64,000 nt of DNA from a virus. Lineage: Duplodnaviria > Caudoviricetes. Below the pieces are notes generated by a model, which was not told where the DNA came from, ran no database searches, and was given only the letters and a program-made list of their open reading frames with translations. Location: IMG/VR virus record IMGVR_UViG_3300042868_009047. The stretch is one strand, 5' to 3'. This document shows, piece after piece, positions 46,409 to 55,481 of the stretch. The position numbers and the translations under genes are program-made. Numbering within the stretch: the stretch's first letter is position 1; every line of letters starts with the position of its first letter.

Positions 46409-47834
46409 AATAAGCGTTGTTTTCTCAACAAGAAAGATAGATGAAAATTTTATTGAGCATGTTAAGAAAACCTGTATGTATAAAGGTGTTGAAGTTTTAC
46501 CATATGAAAATAATGGTGAATATTCTTTAACGGAAATATACAATAAAGGTTTAAAAGATGCGTCAAGCGATATTATTATTTTTTGTCACGATGATATCCT
46601 GTTTGAAACAAAAAATTGGGGTGAAAAGGTTTTAAAAGCTTTTGAAAAAAACCCCGAATACGGTATTCTTGGCGTTGCTGGGACAAACCATATGGTTAGT
46701 GGTATGTGGTGGGAAGTACGTAGTGCAATGCATGGTACAGTAAAACATACTGACGGTACAAAGGTATGGGCAAACAAATACTCCGAAAATTACGGTAATC
46801 AATTAAAAGAGATGGTTGCTGTGGATGGTTTATTTATCGCTGTTGACAGAACCAGAATAGAAAATATTTTTGATGATCGATTTAAAGGTTTTCACTTTTA
46901 TGATATATCATTTTGTTTATCAAACTATATTAATGGTGTTGATATTGGGTTAATATCAAACATAACAATATTACATAAGTCTGTTGGTCAGGTTAATGAA
47001 CAATGGGTTGAAAATAAAACTTTATTTGAAGAAATATATGGTGGGGAATTACCAATTTGTTTAAATGAGAATAATAAACATATTCTTTTTGATAAAGATT
47101 TACCAAAAATTGATATGTATGTTCTTTGCTGGAACGAAGAAAAAATTATACCTTACTTTTTAAAGCATTACGAAAATTATGTTTCAAATATATATGTCTA
47201 TGATAATAAATCAAACGATGGTGGTACCAAATTATTAAAATCACACCCAAAGGTTACCGTAATACCATATGATACCAAAGGTGAGATTAGGGATGATACT
47301 TATTTACAGATAAAAAATAATGCCTGGAAAAACTCAATTGGTAAGGCAGACATTGTTATTGTCTGTGATATGGATGAATTTTTACATAGCGATGATTTAA
47401 AAAAATCGATCATTAAGTTTTATGAAAGTGACTCAACTATCATTAAACCAACTGGTTATGACATGATTGTAGATGAGTTTGAATTTAATTATGGTGATGA
47501 ATTAACTAATCTTGTTAAAACTGGATATAAAAACCAACTATTTGATAAACTAGTTATGTTTAAAACAAAAAATATAACTGAAATGAACTATAACGGTGGT
47601 TGTCATGTTGCAGCACCAAGAGGTAATAAAGTTAAATTATTTGAAGGTGAATTTTTACTTTTACATTATAAAAGACTTGGTTTAAAATATTTTTTAAATA
47701 AAATGTCACTTTATAAAAAAAGGTTAAGTGAGTTTAATAAAAAATATAAACTTGGTTATGAATATGAGTTTAATAAAAATAAACACACTGAAGATTTTAA
47801 TGAATCTTTGGGTAAAATATCTGATGTTATTTAG
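46398..47834 (+). CDS. Two-domain GT-A (GT2-like) glycosyltransferase
   Basis: Domain 1: LTEIYNKGL..DIIIFCHDDI, VDGLFI, FHFYD. Domain 2: WNEEKIIPYFLKHY..YDNKSNDG..IVCDMDEFL. Confidence 0.85.
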   Translation: MSHKISVVFSTRKIDENFIEHVKKTCMYKGVEVLPYENNGEYSLTEIYNKGLKDASSDIIIFCHDDILFETKNWGEKVLKAFEKNPEYGILGVAGTNHMVSGMWWEVRSAMHGTVKHTDGTKVWANKYSENYGNQLKEMVAVDGLFIAVDRTRIENIFDDRFKGFHFYDISFCLSNYINGVDIGLISNITILHKSVGQVNEQWVENKTLFEEIYGGELPICLNENNKHILFDKDLPKIDMYVLCWNEEKIIPYFLKHYENYVSNIYVYDNKSNDGGTKLLKSHPKVTVIPYDTKGEIRDDTYLQIKNNAWKNSIGKADIVIVCDMDEFLHSDDLKKSIIKFYESDSTIIKPTGYDMIVDEFEFNYGDELTNLVKTGYKNQLFDKLVMFKTKNITEMNYNGGCHVAAPRGNKVKLFEGEFLLLHYKRLGLKYFLNKMSLYKKRLSEFNKKYKLGYEYEFNKNKHTEDFNESLGKISDVI

Positions 47835-47866
47835 TTTTCATAACTATTTAAATTAAAAAATATTAT

Positions 47867-48862
47867 ATGGGATTTTTTAGGATTAAAAAAACAACAAAAG
47901 ATAGTGATAACAATCAGGTTATTTATGATAAAACAGACAATTTTATAAAAGAGGAAAGATTGTCCGACACAGAAAAAACAACAATAAAAAAAAGCTATGT
48001 GGATACAAATAAAAGTGAGTCGTATATGATAAAAAAAACAGTAGTTAAAAAAAATAATCTTGTTGACGTAACAAAATATTTTGAAAAAAAAGAACTTGTG
48101 GTTGATTACTCTTTACCAGAAGTTACAGAAAATTTTGGTATTATAGACAATATTAATACAATCACACCTTTCCCTTTTAGACAAAAAAAATTGGCTGTTT
48201 TTATCCATATGTTTTATCCAGATCTATGGAGTACCTTAGATAGTTATTTAGATAACATTAAATGTAAGTTTGATTTATATATTAACGCTGTAATAGATAA
48301 CTATGATAAAGATGTTATACATAAGATAGTTGATAAATATCCTAACGCAAAAATTATTAAAAATATTAATAAAGGTAGAGATATTGGTGGTTTAATAACC
48401 ATGTCAAAGTATATAATAAAAAATCAGTACGATTCCGTTTATTTTATACACACAAAAAAAAGCCCACATTTAAAAAGTGGTAACACTTGGAGAAATGATA
48501 TGTTAATAGCGTTAATGGGTGATGAAAACAAAGTTAATAATCTTATTAAAGATATAAGGTATTATGAGTTTGGTCTGATAACTCCAGGTTTATATAAAAC
48601 AAATTCCATGGGTAGTAACCACAATAATTTAAGAAGATTGATGCAGTTATATAAAATTGATTATGACTTAAAACAATTAGAATTTTCAGCTGGAACATTT
48701 TTTTTATGTAGTGCGGAATTAATTGAACAGATAGGTATGCTAACGGATTTATCATATTTTGAAGATGGTTCTGATCTTGATGGGCAAATGGCTCACGCAT
48801 TTGAAAGATTTTTACCTATTTTAACAATAAAAAAATTAAATAAAACTATTAAATATGTCTAA
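47867..48862 (+). CDS. RgpF-like (rhamnan synthesis F) glycosyltransferase
   Basis: LAVFIHMFYPDLW, FDLYI, NKGRDIGG, IHTKKSPH, WRNDML, FSAGTFF and DGQMAHAFER. Confidence 0.85.
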   Translation: MGFFRIKKTTKDSDNNQVIYDKTDNFIKEERLSDTEKTTIKKSYVDTNKSESYMIKKTVVKKNNLVDVTKYFEKKELVVDYSLPEVTENFGIIDNINTITPFPFRQKKLAVFIHMFYPDLWSTLDSYLDNIKCKFDLYINAVIDNYDKDVIHKIVDKYPNAKIIKNINKGRDIGGLITMSKYIIKNQYDSVYFIHTKKSPHLKSGNTWRNDMLIALMGDENKVNNLIKDIRYYEFGLITPGLYKTNSMGSNHNNLRRLMQLYKIDYDLKQLEFSAGTFFLCSAELIEQIGMLTDLSYFEDGSDLDGQMAHAFERFLPILTIKKLNKTIKYV

Positions 48863-49937
48863 ACCAAAAATTATTTGTTTTTACCTTCCGCAATTTCACC
48901 CTTTTGCTGAAAACGATCAATTCTGGGGTCGTGGTTTTACTGAGTGGAATAATTTATATGATGTAAAAATATTCCATAAAAACCAAAGATTTATAAGGAC
49001 ATCATCCGAATTTGGTGATTATGATTTACGGAGCTATGCCGTAAGAAAAAGACACGCTGAGTTAGCTAAAGAACATGGTATAGACGGGTTTTGTTTATAT
49101 CATTATTGGTTTTATGGTCACCCAGGTAATAAAGTTATGTATGAAGTTGCTGAAAGAATGCTTGAGGATGGTGAACCTAACATTAATTTTTGTTTTGAAT
49201 GGGCTAATGAACCCTGGACAAGAACTTGGGATGGTATGGAAAAAAACTACCTAATAAAACAGGAATATGGTACTGAAGAGGATTGGACAGAACATTTTAA
49301 TTATTTATTAAAATTTTTTAAACACAAGAATTACATAAAAGTTGATAATAAACCGATGTTTCTTGTTTATAGAATGGGTCATTTTAAAGAGTTCGATAAA
49401 TTTAAAAAACATTTTGATGATTTAGCTAAGAAAGAAGGTTTTGATGGTATTATTTTTTCACAAACTTTAAACCATTTTAATGAAGATGGTAGTAATGATG
49501 GTGTTAATAAAAATGCTGATGCGTATATTGAGTATCATCCAATGTATGTTAATAGGTTTTCTGAACCAGAACCAGAAAGTAATGATAATGTAACCATATT
49601 TTATGCACCTAAAAAATGGGAAAACATAACTAACCTAAAAAAACCAAATGATGTTGGTATTAAACCTTATATTCGTGGTTTTTATAGTGGTTGGGACTCA
49701 TCCCCAAGAGCTAAAAACAGAGCATCAACAATTGATTTATACAACGACCCAAAAAACTTTGAGTTTTATTTAAAGAAACAATTAGAAAATGTTGTTAATG
49801 ATAATAATGAACCGTATAATTACTTATTTATTTTTGCTTGGAATGAGTGGGGTGAGGGTGCTGTAATTGAACCAAGTGATCTGTATGGTAACCAATATTT
49901 ACTGGCTATAAAAGACGCATTAAATGGTATCAAATAA
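48855..49937 (+). CDS. WbsX / GH99-like domain protein
   Basis: ICFYLPQFHP..ENDQFWGRGFTEW, LAKEHGIDGFCLYHYWF, CFEWANEPWTRTWDG, GWDSSPR and IFAWNEWGEG. Confidence 0.9.
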   Translation: MSKPKIICFYLPQFHPFAENDQFWGRGFTEWNNLYDVKIFHKNQRFIRTSSEFGDYDLRSYAVRKRHAELAKEHGIDGFCLYHYWFYGHPGNKVMYEVAERMLEDGEPNINFCFEWANEPWTRTWDGMEKNYLIKQEYGTEEDWTEHFNYLLKFFKHKNYIKVDNKPMFLVYRMGHFKEFDKFKKHFDDLAKKEGFDGIIFSQTLNHFNEDGSNDGVNKNADAYIEYHPMYVNRFSEPEPESNDNVTIFYAPKKWENITNLKKPNDVGIKPYIRGFYSGWDSSPRAKNRASTIDLYNDPKNFEFYLKKQLENVVNDNNEPYNYLFIFAWNEWGEGAVIEPSDLYGNQYLLAIKDALNGIK

Positions 49938-50565
49938 AGTTTGTATAATAGCTTTAAAATATTTAGAGTCATACTGGGAGTCAACACAAAAAGATATAGT
50001 TGATTCAAATTTACCTGTTATATATGTTGATAGGGAAGGTGTTGGGTCTATGACAAAAGCTTTTAATTCAGCTATACCAGAATTATATAAAAATTTTGGG
50101 GATAACCAACCTGAATATTTATTTTTTGTAACAAATAATAATTTTACCACAGCTACTGTTAATAGGCTAATAGACTCAATGGATAAAACTAATTTTGCTG
50201 CAATACATCCGTCACATAATAGTGACCATCCTTCACACAAAAATAATAAATCTGATCAGGTTATTGAAACAAAATATATTGAGTGGACCTCACCAATTGT
50301 TAAAACTGACCTGTTTTTAAAATATCCTTTAAATGAAAATTATTATTATTGGTTTTTTGATCTGGTTTGGAGTTATGAAATCAAAGCGCTTGGCCACAAA
50401 ATTGGTGTCGATCATGGTGCTTTTGTGGATCATAGGTATCTTGTAAAAGATTTATCAGATCCAATATCAAAAAAAAGAAAAGAATTAAGAGATACCAGAA
50501 ATGTGGTAGAACATCAAATATTAAACGAAACCTATGGGAATAACTGGCAATCAATTTTATTATGA
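49924..50565 (+). CDS. Putative glycosyltransferase (degenerate GT2-like)
   Basis: GSMTKAFN, YLFFVTNN, YWFFDLVWSY and IGVDHGAFVDH pattern; lies within the glyco cluster. Confidence 0.55.
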   Translation: MVSNKVCIIALKYLESYWESTQKDIVDSNLPVIYVDREGVGSMTKAFNSAIPELYKNFGDNQPEYLFFVTNNNFTTATVNRLIDSMDKTNFAAIHPSHNSDHPSHKNNKSDQVIETKYIEWTSPIVKTDLFLKYPLNENYYYWFFDLVWSYEIKALGHKIGVDHGAFVDHRYLVKDLSDPISKKRKELRDTRNVVEHQILNETYGNNWQSILL

Positions 50566-51005
50566 TTAATGAAGTAACTAAAATATTAATAGATTTTGAT
50601 GGTGTACTAACCGATGGTAAAATATATTATACCCATAACGGTGAACAATTTAAAGGTACTAACACACGTGATGTTAGGGCTATTAGAGAATTAATATCAT
50701 ATGGTTATGATGTTATCATATTAACCGCAAGTAATTGGCCAGGTTCAGAAACTTTTGCCAAAAAAACTGGATCAGAGATTGTTATATCAAAGGATAAAAA
50801 ACTTTTTGCTGATCAACTAAACGAAAAATTTATTGCTATTGGTGATGATGTGTGGGATCTTGGTTTAATAGAAAAATCAGACAGATTCTTTGCACCAAAA
50901 GATTGTGATAGAGCGATTCGTTATAATAGTGATAAAATTGAAATACTTAATAGTAAAGGTGGTGAAGGTGTTATAGCCGAGTTAGTATGGTTATTATGTA
51001 AATAA
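50562..51005 (+). CDS. KdsC-like HAD phosphatase
   Basis: ILIDFDGVLTDG, AIGDDVWDL and GGEGVIAE. Confidence 0.85.
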   Translation: MINEVTKILIDFDGVLTDGKIYYTHNGEQFKGTNTRDVRAIRELISYGYDVIILTASNWPGSETFAKKTGSEIVISKDKKLFADQLNEKFIAIGDDVWDLGLIEKSDRFFAPKDCDRAIRYNSDKIEILNSKGGEGVIAELVWLLCK

Positions 51006-51018
51006 ATAAATCAAATAT

Positions 51019-51783
51019 ATGAATACAAGACAAACAAAAACAGCAACTAGAAAAACAAGAAAAAGATTAACGCCCGAAGAAGAGAGTGAAGCTTTTGAAG
51101 AAATTAATAAAGCTCATATCGGTAATGTTCTTGATAAGATGAAAGTTGACATCAAGTATAAAACACAAAATCAAAAAAAATTAGTCACTGAGATAAAAAA
51201 TAAGGAAATTGTTATTTGTTCTGGGTTACCAGGTACAGGTAAAACCTTCTTATCTTGCGCTGTAGCGTTAGAACTTCTTAAAAGTGACCCAAGATACCGA
51301 AAAATTGTTATCGTTAAATCTGTGACAACTTTAAAGGATGAAGAGATTGGGTTTTTAAAGGGTACCATGAAAGAAAAGATGGAACCGTTTATGTATTCTT
51401 TTATGCATAATTTTGAAAAGGTAATTGGTAAACACAATGTTGAGCTTTTAAGAGCTAACAATATGATCGAAGAAATGCCAATTGCATATATGAGGGGTAT
51501 TAACATTGATAATTCAATTACAATCATCGATGAAGCTCAAAATATCTCTATTGACAATATTAGAACAATTATGACTAGACTTGGTGAAAACTCTAAAATG
51601 ATATTTTTAGGGGATGAAAACCAAATTGATATGAAAAAGAAGGGTGAAAGCTCTTTAAATTTTATCATTAAAAAGTTTAGTGATTTTGATGAGGTTGGAA
51701 CAATCACATTGGGTGAAGATGATGTTGTTAGAAACCCGTTAATCAAAAAAATCGAAAAAATATTCAACGAAAATAAAATGTAG
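51019..51783 (+). CDS. phoH: PhoH-family ATPase
   Basis: GLPGTGKT, IAYMRG, IIDEAQN, IMTRLGENSKMIFLGDENQID and DVVRNPLI. Confidence 0.96.
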   Translation: MNTRQTKTATRKTRKRLTPEEESEAFEEINKAHIGNVLDKMKVDIKYKTQNQKKLVTEIKNKEIVICSGLPGTGKTFLSCAVALELLKSDPRYRKIVIVKSVTTLKDEEIGFLKGTMKEKMEPFMYSFMHNFEKVIGKHNVELLRANNMIEEMPIAYMRGINIDNSITIIDEAQNISIDNIRTIMTRLGENSKMIFLGDENQIDMKKKGESSLNFIIKKFSDFDEVGTITLGEDDVVRNPLIKKIEKIFNENKM

Positions 51784-51836
51784 ACTTTATTTTAGACCAA
51801 GATCATGTTATTTTTATACAAAAATAATAAATAACT

Positions 51837-52472
51837 ATGGTAATAGGTATTACAATAAATAACATTCTAAGAGAACATATTAGTAAGTTAATGGATTTAT
51901 ATGAATTTGAGTTTGAAAAAGAACCCATTTTACCTATAAATCCTTTTGACTTATCCAAATCGTTCCCAGACATCGAAGGGGAGATTATTGACACTAACTT
52001 TGAAGTTGATAAAGAGTTAGAGTTATCTGAAAATAAAAAAGACGCTTCTTTTAACCTAAGTAGGTTTATGTATGAAGATGCGTGTTTTGAGGTATTTGGT
52101 CGGGTTGAGGAAAGTCAACCTGGTATTATTAAACAAATATGCGACTTCTCTAACAAAAACAAGATTAAAATCGTTTTATTAAATAATGAGAGTCAAAGAT
52201 CTAAGTCAGCAACATTATTTTTCCTAAGTAAAAATTACTACAACCTAGAGCAAATAATCTTTCCAAGTAAATGGAAGGATTTTTGGTTGTATTGTGATAT
52301 TTTGGTTACTGATAATCCTAAACTATTAAAAAACAAACCAAAAAATAAGATATCAATAAAACACAAAAATGATTTTAATGTTGATATTAAGTCAGATTAT
52401 ACTATAATTAACAATGAAGAATTATTTAAAATCCTAAAAAAATTAAAGAAAGAACAAAATGGAAAAAACTAA
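51837..52472 (+). CDS. HAD-fold 5'-nucleotidase-like protein with a degenerate catalytic motif
   Basis: MVIGITINNILR (DxD replaced), KSATLFFLSK, CDILVTDNP and FNVDI. Confidence 0.55.
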   Translation: MVIGITINNILREHISKLMDLYEFEFEKEPILPINPFDLSKSFPDIEGEIIDTNFEVDKELELSENKKDASFNLSRFMYEDACFEVFGRVEESQPGIIKQICDFSNKNKIKIVLLNNESQRSKSATLFFLSKNYYNLEQIIFPSKWKDFWLYCDILVTDNPKLLKNKPKNKISIKHKNDFNVDIKSDYTIINNEELFKILKKLKKEQNGKN

Positions 52473-53541
52473 CGAAATAGTTAAAAACATTGAATCAGCT
52501 ATAAGTAAGATTCAAAACAAAGAACAAAAAATTGTTTTTTTGGTGCCAGACACTAAAGGTAATGCTAAATCAAGTGTTATTCATCTGTATAAACAAGCGC
52601 TAACACTTAAAAACTTGGGTTATAGCGTTAGTATGTTACACGAAAAAAACGATTACATTAAAGTCGGATCATGGTTAACACCAGAATGCGATGAATTAGA
52701 ACATTTATCGATTGAGGATAACAACCTTGTTGTAGGTGCATCAGATTTTATTATTGTACCAGAAGTGTATGGTACTGTATTTGAACAAATTGAAAAAATG
52801 CCCATTGAGAAAATTGTCTACGTACAATCATTTGATTATATGCTTGAGGCTTTTGCTCCTGGTAAATCTTGGGCTGATTTAGGTGTTGAAGAGTGTATCA
52901 CAACATCAAACTCACTTAAAACAATGATTGAAGATACTGTACCAGTTGAAGATGTTCAATTTATCGAACCAACTATTTCAAATGAGATGTTTACTTTAAA
53001 TGATAAACCACAAAAACCTATCATTGCAATATATTGCCGTGAAGCTAGAAAGGCTGCTAAAATGATTAAATCGTTTTATTTGAAATATCCAATCTACAGA
53101 TTCGTATCCTTTAAAGATATGCATACAATGCCACAAGATACTTTCGCTAAGAATCTAAAAGAATGTTGTGTTTCTATATGGATTGATGACGACTCATCAT
53201 TCGGTAGATACCCAATTGAATCTATTAAGTGTAACGTACCTGTTATTGGTAAAGTACCTAATATCATCCCAGAATGGATGACAGATGAAAACGGTGTTTG
53301 GGTTTACGATGAAAATCAAATACCAGAGATTTTATCTAGCTACATTAAAAACTGGTTAGAAGATACTTTACCAGAGAATCTATTAAATGTTTCAAAAACA
53401 GTTGAGGGTAAATACACCGAAGAGATTTTCGAAAAAAATACTAAAGAAGTTTATGAATACCTTTTTAATAAAAAGATCTCAAAACTAGAAACAATAAAAG
53501 AAAATTTTAAAAAAGAAGTAGAACAAAATGAGCAAAACTAA
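52459..53541 (+). CDS. GT-B-like glycosyltransferase
   Basis: IVFLVPDT..SVIHLYKQAL, DFIIVPEVYG, FAKNLKECCVSIWIDDDSSFGRYPIESIKCNVPVIG. Confidence 0.7.
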   Translation: MEKTNEIVKNIESAISKIQNKEQKIVFLVPDTKGNAKSSVIHLYKQALTLKNLGYSVSMLHEKNDYIKVGSWLTPECDELEHLSIEDNNLVVGASDFIIVPEVYGTVFEQIEKMPIEKIVYVQSFDYMLEAFAPGKSWADLGVEECITTSNSLKTMIEDTVPVEDVQFIEPTISNEMFTLNDKPQKPIIAIYCREARKAAKMIKSFYLKYPIYRFVSFKDMHTMPQDTFAKNLKECCVSIWIDDDSSFGRYPIESIKCNVPVIGKVPNIIPEWMTDENGVWVYDENQIPEILSSYIKNWLEDTLPENLLNVSKTVEGKYTEEIFEKNTKEVYEYLFNKKISKLETIKENFKKEVEQNEQN

Positions 53542-54358
53542 TTTAACCGTTATAATTCCCGTACATTCAGTTGCTGATATCGGGAAACAAAAATTTGATG
53601 ATTTATTCGATATCGCATTATCATCAATTAGTAGAAATGAAGTTAAACCAGAAAAGGTTTTAATCGTAAGATGTAATTGTATTGAGGTTGACGCTAAATT
53701 AGAGTCAATGGACCTATCAAAATACGGTTTAAATGTTGAGATCATAGTAAACGATGGTGATACCGACTACCAAAACCAAATAAATTACGCAGCAAAACAT
53801 GTTGACACCGAATACATGTCAATTTTAGAGTTTGATGATGAAGTATCAAAAACATGGTACGGTAATGTTAAAACTCATGTTGAAGCGTATCCAGAAGTTG
53901 ATATGTTTTTACCTATTGTTAATGATGTTTCTGAAGATAACGGCTTTATAGGGTTATCAAATGAAGCTATTTGGGCTTATAACTTTAGTGAATCACTTGG
54001 TAATGTTGATTTAGAGTGTTTATTAGAATATCCTAATATTAGCCCTTGTGGTATGGTTATTAAAACAGCTATTTTTAACGAGATTAACGGTTTTAAACAA
54101 ATCAAATTAACATTTAACTATGAGTTTTTATTACGTTTTCATAAAAACGGTTACAAATCAATGGTTATACCAAAAATTGGTTACAAACACGTTAACATGA
54201 GAGAGGAATCCTTGTTCTGGTTATATAAAAATAGTGAAGCTGTTGAATATAAGATGAACCCTAAACAGGCTTTATTTTGGATGGAAACCGCTAAAAAAGA
54301 ATATTTGTTTAACAATGATAGGTATATAATATATGAGGAAAATGACGTTAGTGAGTAA
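53528..54358 (+). CDS. GT2-family glycosyltransferase
   Basis: LTVIIPVH, QINYAAKHVDTEYMSILEFDD and FNYEFLLR. Confidence 0.8.
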   Translation: MSKTNLTVIIPVHSVADIGKQKFDDLFDIALSSISRNEVKPEKVLIVRCNCIEVDAKLESMDLSKYGLNVEIIVNDGDTDYQNQINYAAKHVDTEYMSILEFDDEVSKTWYGNVKTHVEAYPEVDMFLPIVNDVSEDNGFIGLSNEAIWAYNFSESLGNVDLECLLEYPNISPCGMVIKTAIFNEINGFKQIKLTFNYEFLLRFHKNGYKSMVIPKIGYKHVNMREESLFWLYKNSEAVEYKMNPKQALFWMETAKKEYLFNNDRYIIYEENDVSE

Positions 54359-55071
54359 TGGCAAAACAGAAAAAAGATCGCAACTACTATGGCGTAGAGC
54401 AAGAGAAAGCGGTGGTCATGTTTCTGGAAGCTAAAACGGTTGGCGAAAGAGAAAAAATTTATAGAGAATTCTTACAAGAACCTATCAATACTATGATAGA
54501 AAGTATTATTAGAACCTATAAATTATATAGACAATCATACGAATTCCACGATTTACATGCTGACACTCTGTCATTTTTAATGACAAAATTTGATAAATTT
54601 AAACCTGAAAAGGGTAAAAGATCATTTTCGTATTTTGGTACGATATGTAAAAATTACCTTTTTGGTGAAATGGTTAAAGAATATAAGAAAACAACATCTA
54701 TTGTTGATATTGATCAACATGAAGGTGATATTTTAAAAAGAGACGAATTATTATATCGTATTGATAATGAAGATCTTGACTTAACAATTTTTATTGAAAC
54801 TTTAACCACCAATATAAAAGATGAATTAAAATCAGACGATTTAAATGAAAATGAATTTAAAGTTGGTCATTCTCTGGTAAAGATACTTGAAGAGTGGCGT
54901 GAATTGTTTTCACAAGTTAATGAGGGTAAAAATTCACCAAAATTCAATAAAAACTTAATATTATTGTATATCCGTAATATGACTGGCCTAAATACCAAAG
55001 AAATTAGGAACAGTATGAAAAGATTTAAGTCATTATACCGTATTTTTAAGGACAATTATTTAGATGGTTGA
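54358..55071 (+). CDS. Phage late sigma factor (T4 gp55-like)
   Basis: Region-2-like DLHADTLSFLMTKFDKFKPEKGKRSFSYFGTICKNYL, comparable to the sigma/gp55 FDPxKxxxxFxYF pattern. Confidence 0.7.
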   Translation: MAKQKKDRNYYGVEQEKAVVMFLEAKTVGEREKIYREFLQEPINTMIESIIRTYKLYRQSYEFHDLHADTLSFLMTKFDKFKPEKGKRSFSYFGTICKNYLFGEMVKEYKKTTSIVDIDQHEGDILKRDELLYRIDNEDLDLTIFIETLTTNIKDELKSDDLNENEFKVGHSLVKILEEWRELFSQVNEGKNSPKFNKNLILLYIRNMTGLNTKEIRNSMKRFKSLYRIFKDNYLDG

Positions 55072-55095
55072 TATTTATATTAAATAACATTTATT

Positions 55096-55479
55096 ATGAT
55101 ACCAAAAAAGAAAAAAGTTGACGTTTCAGAAGATAGCATGAAAGAGCTTATGCAAGAGACTTATAATGAAATTGTTGACGAAAGAAATAGAGCTTTAACA
55201 GCCTATAAAAAATTTACAAAAGATATTAACGAAAATTCTGATATCGCTTTGGTTGGTAAAATCACTAATGATTTATTAAAAATAATCGATTCATCCATTG
55301 AAAAAAAACTAAGGTTAATCAAAATACAGGGTGATATTCTATATAAATCTGGTAGACCATCTGATGCCGCTGCTGGTAATATGACAATTACCGATGATGA
55401 TAGAAAGTGGGCTGAGGATTTTATCAAAAGTCAAGCAACTGCAAGTGAATCGGATACGAATGAAAAAGAGTATGAATAA
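55096..55479 (+). CDS. Helical protein (127 aa), candidate small terminase
   Basis: Late motif at 55072-55079; size and the NDLLKIIDSSIEKKLRLIK helix resemble gp16-like proteins (weak). Confidence 0.4.
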   Translation: MIPKKKKVDVSEDSMKELMQETYNEIVDERNRALTAYKKFTKDINENSDIALVGKITNDLLKIIDSSIEKKLRLIKIQGDILYKSGRPSDAAAGNMTITDDDRKWAEDFIKSQATASESDTNEKEYE

Positions 55480-55481
55480 TA

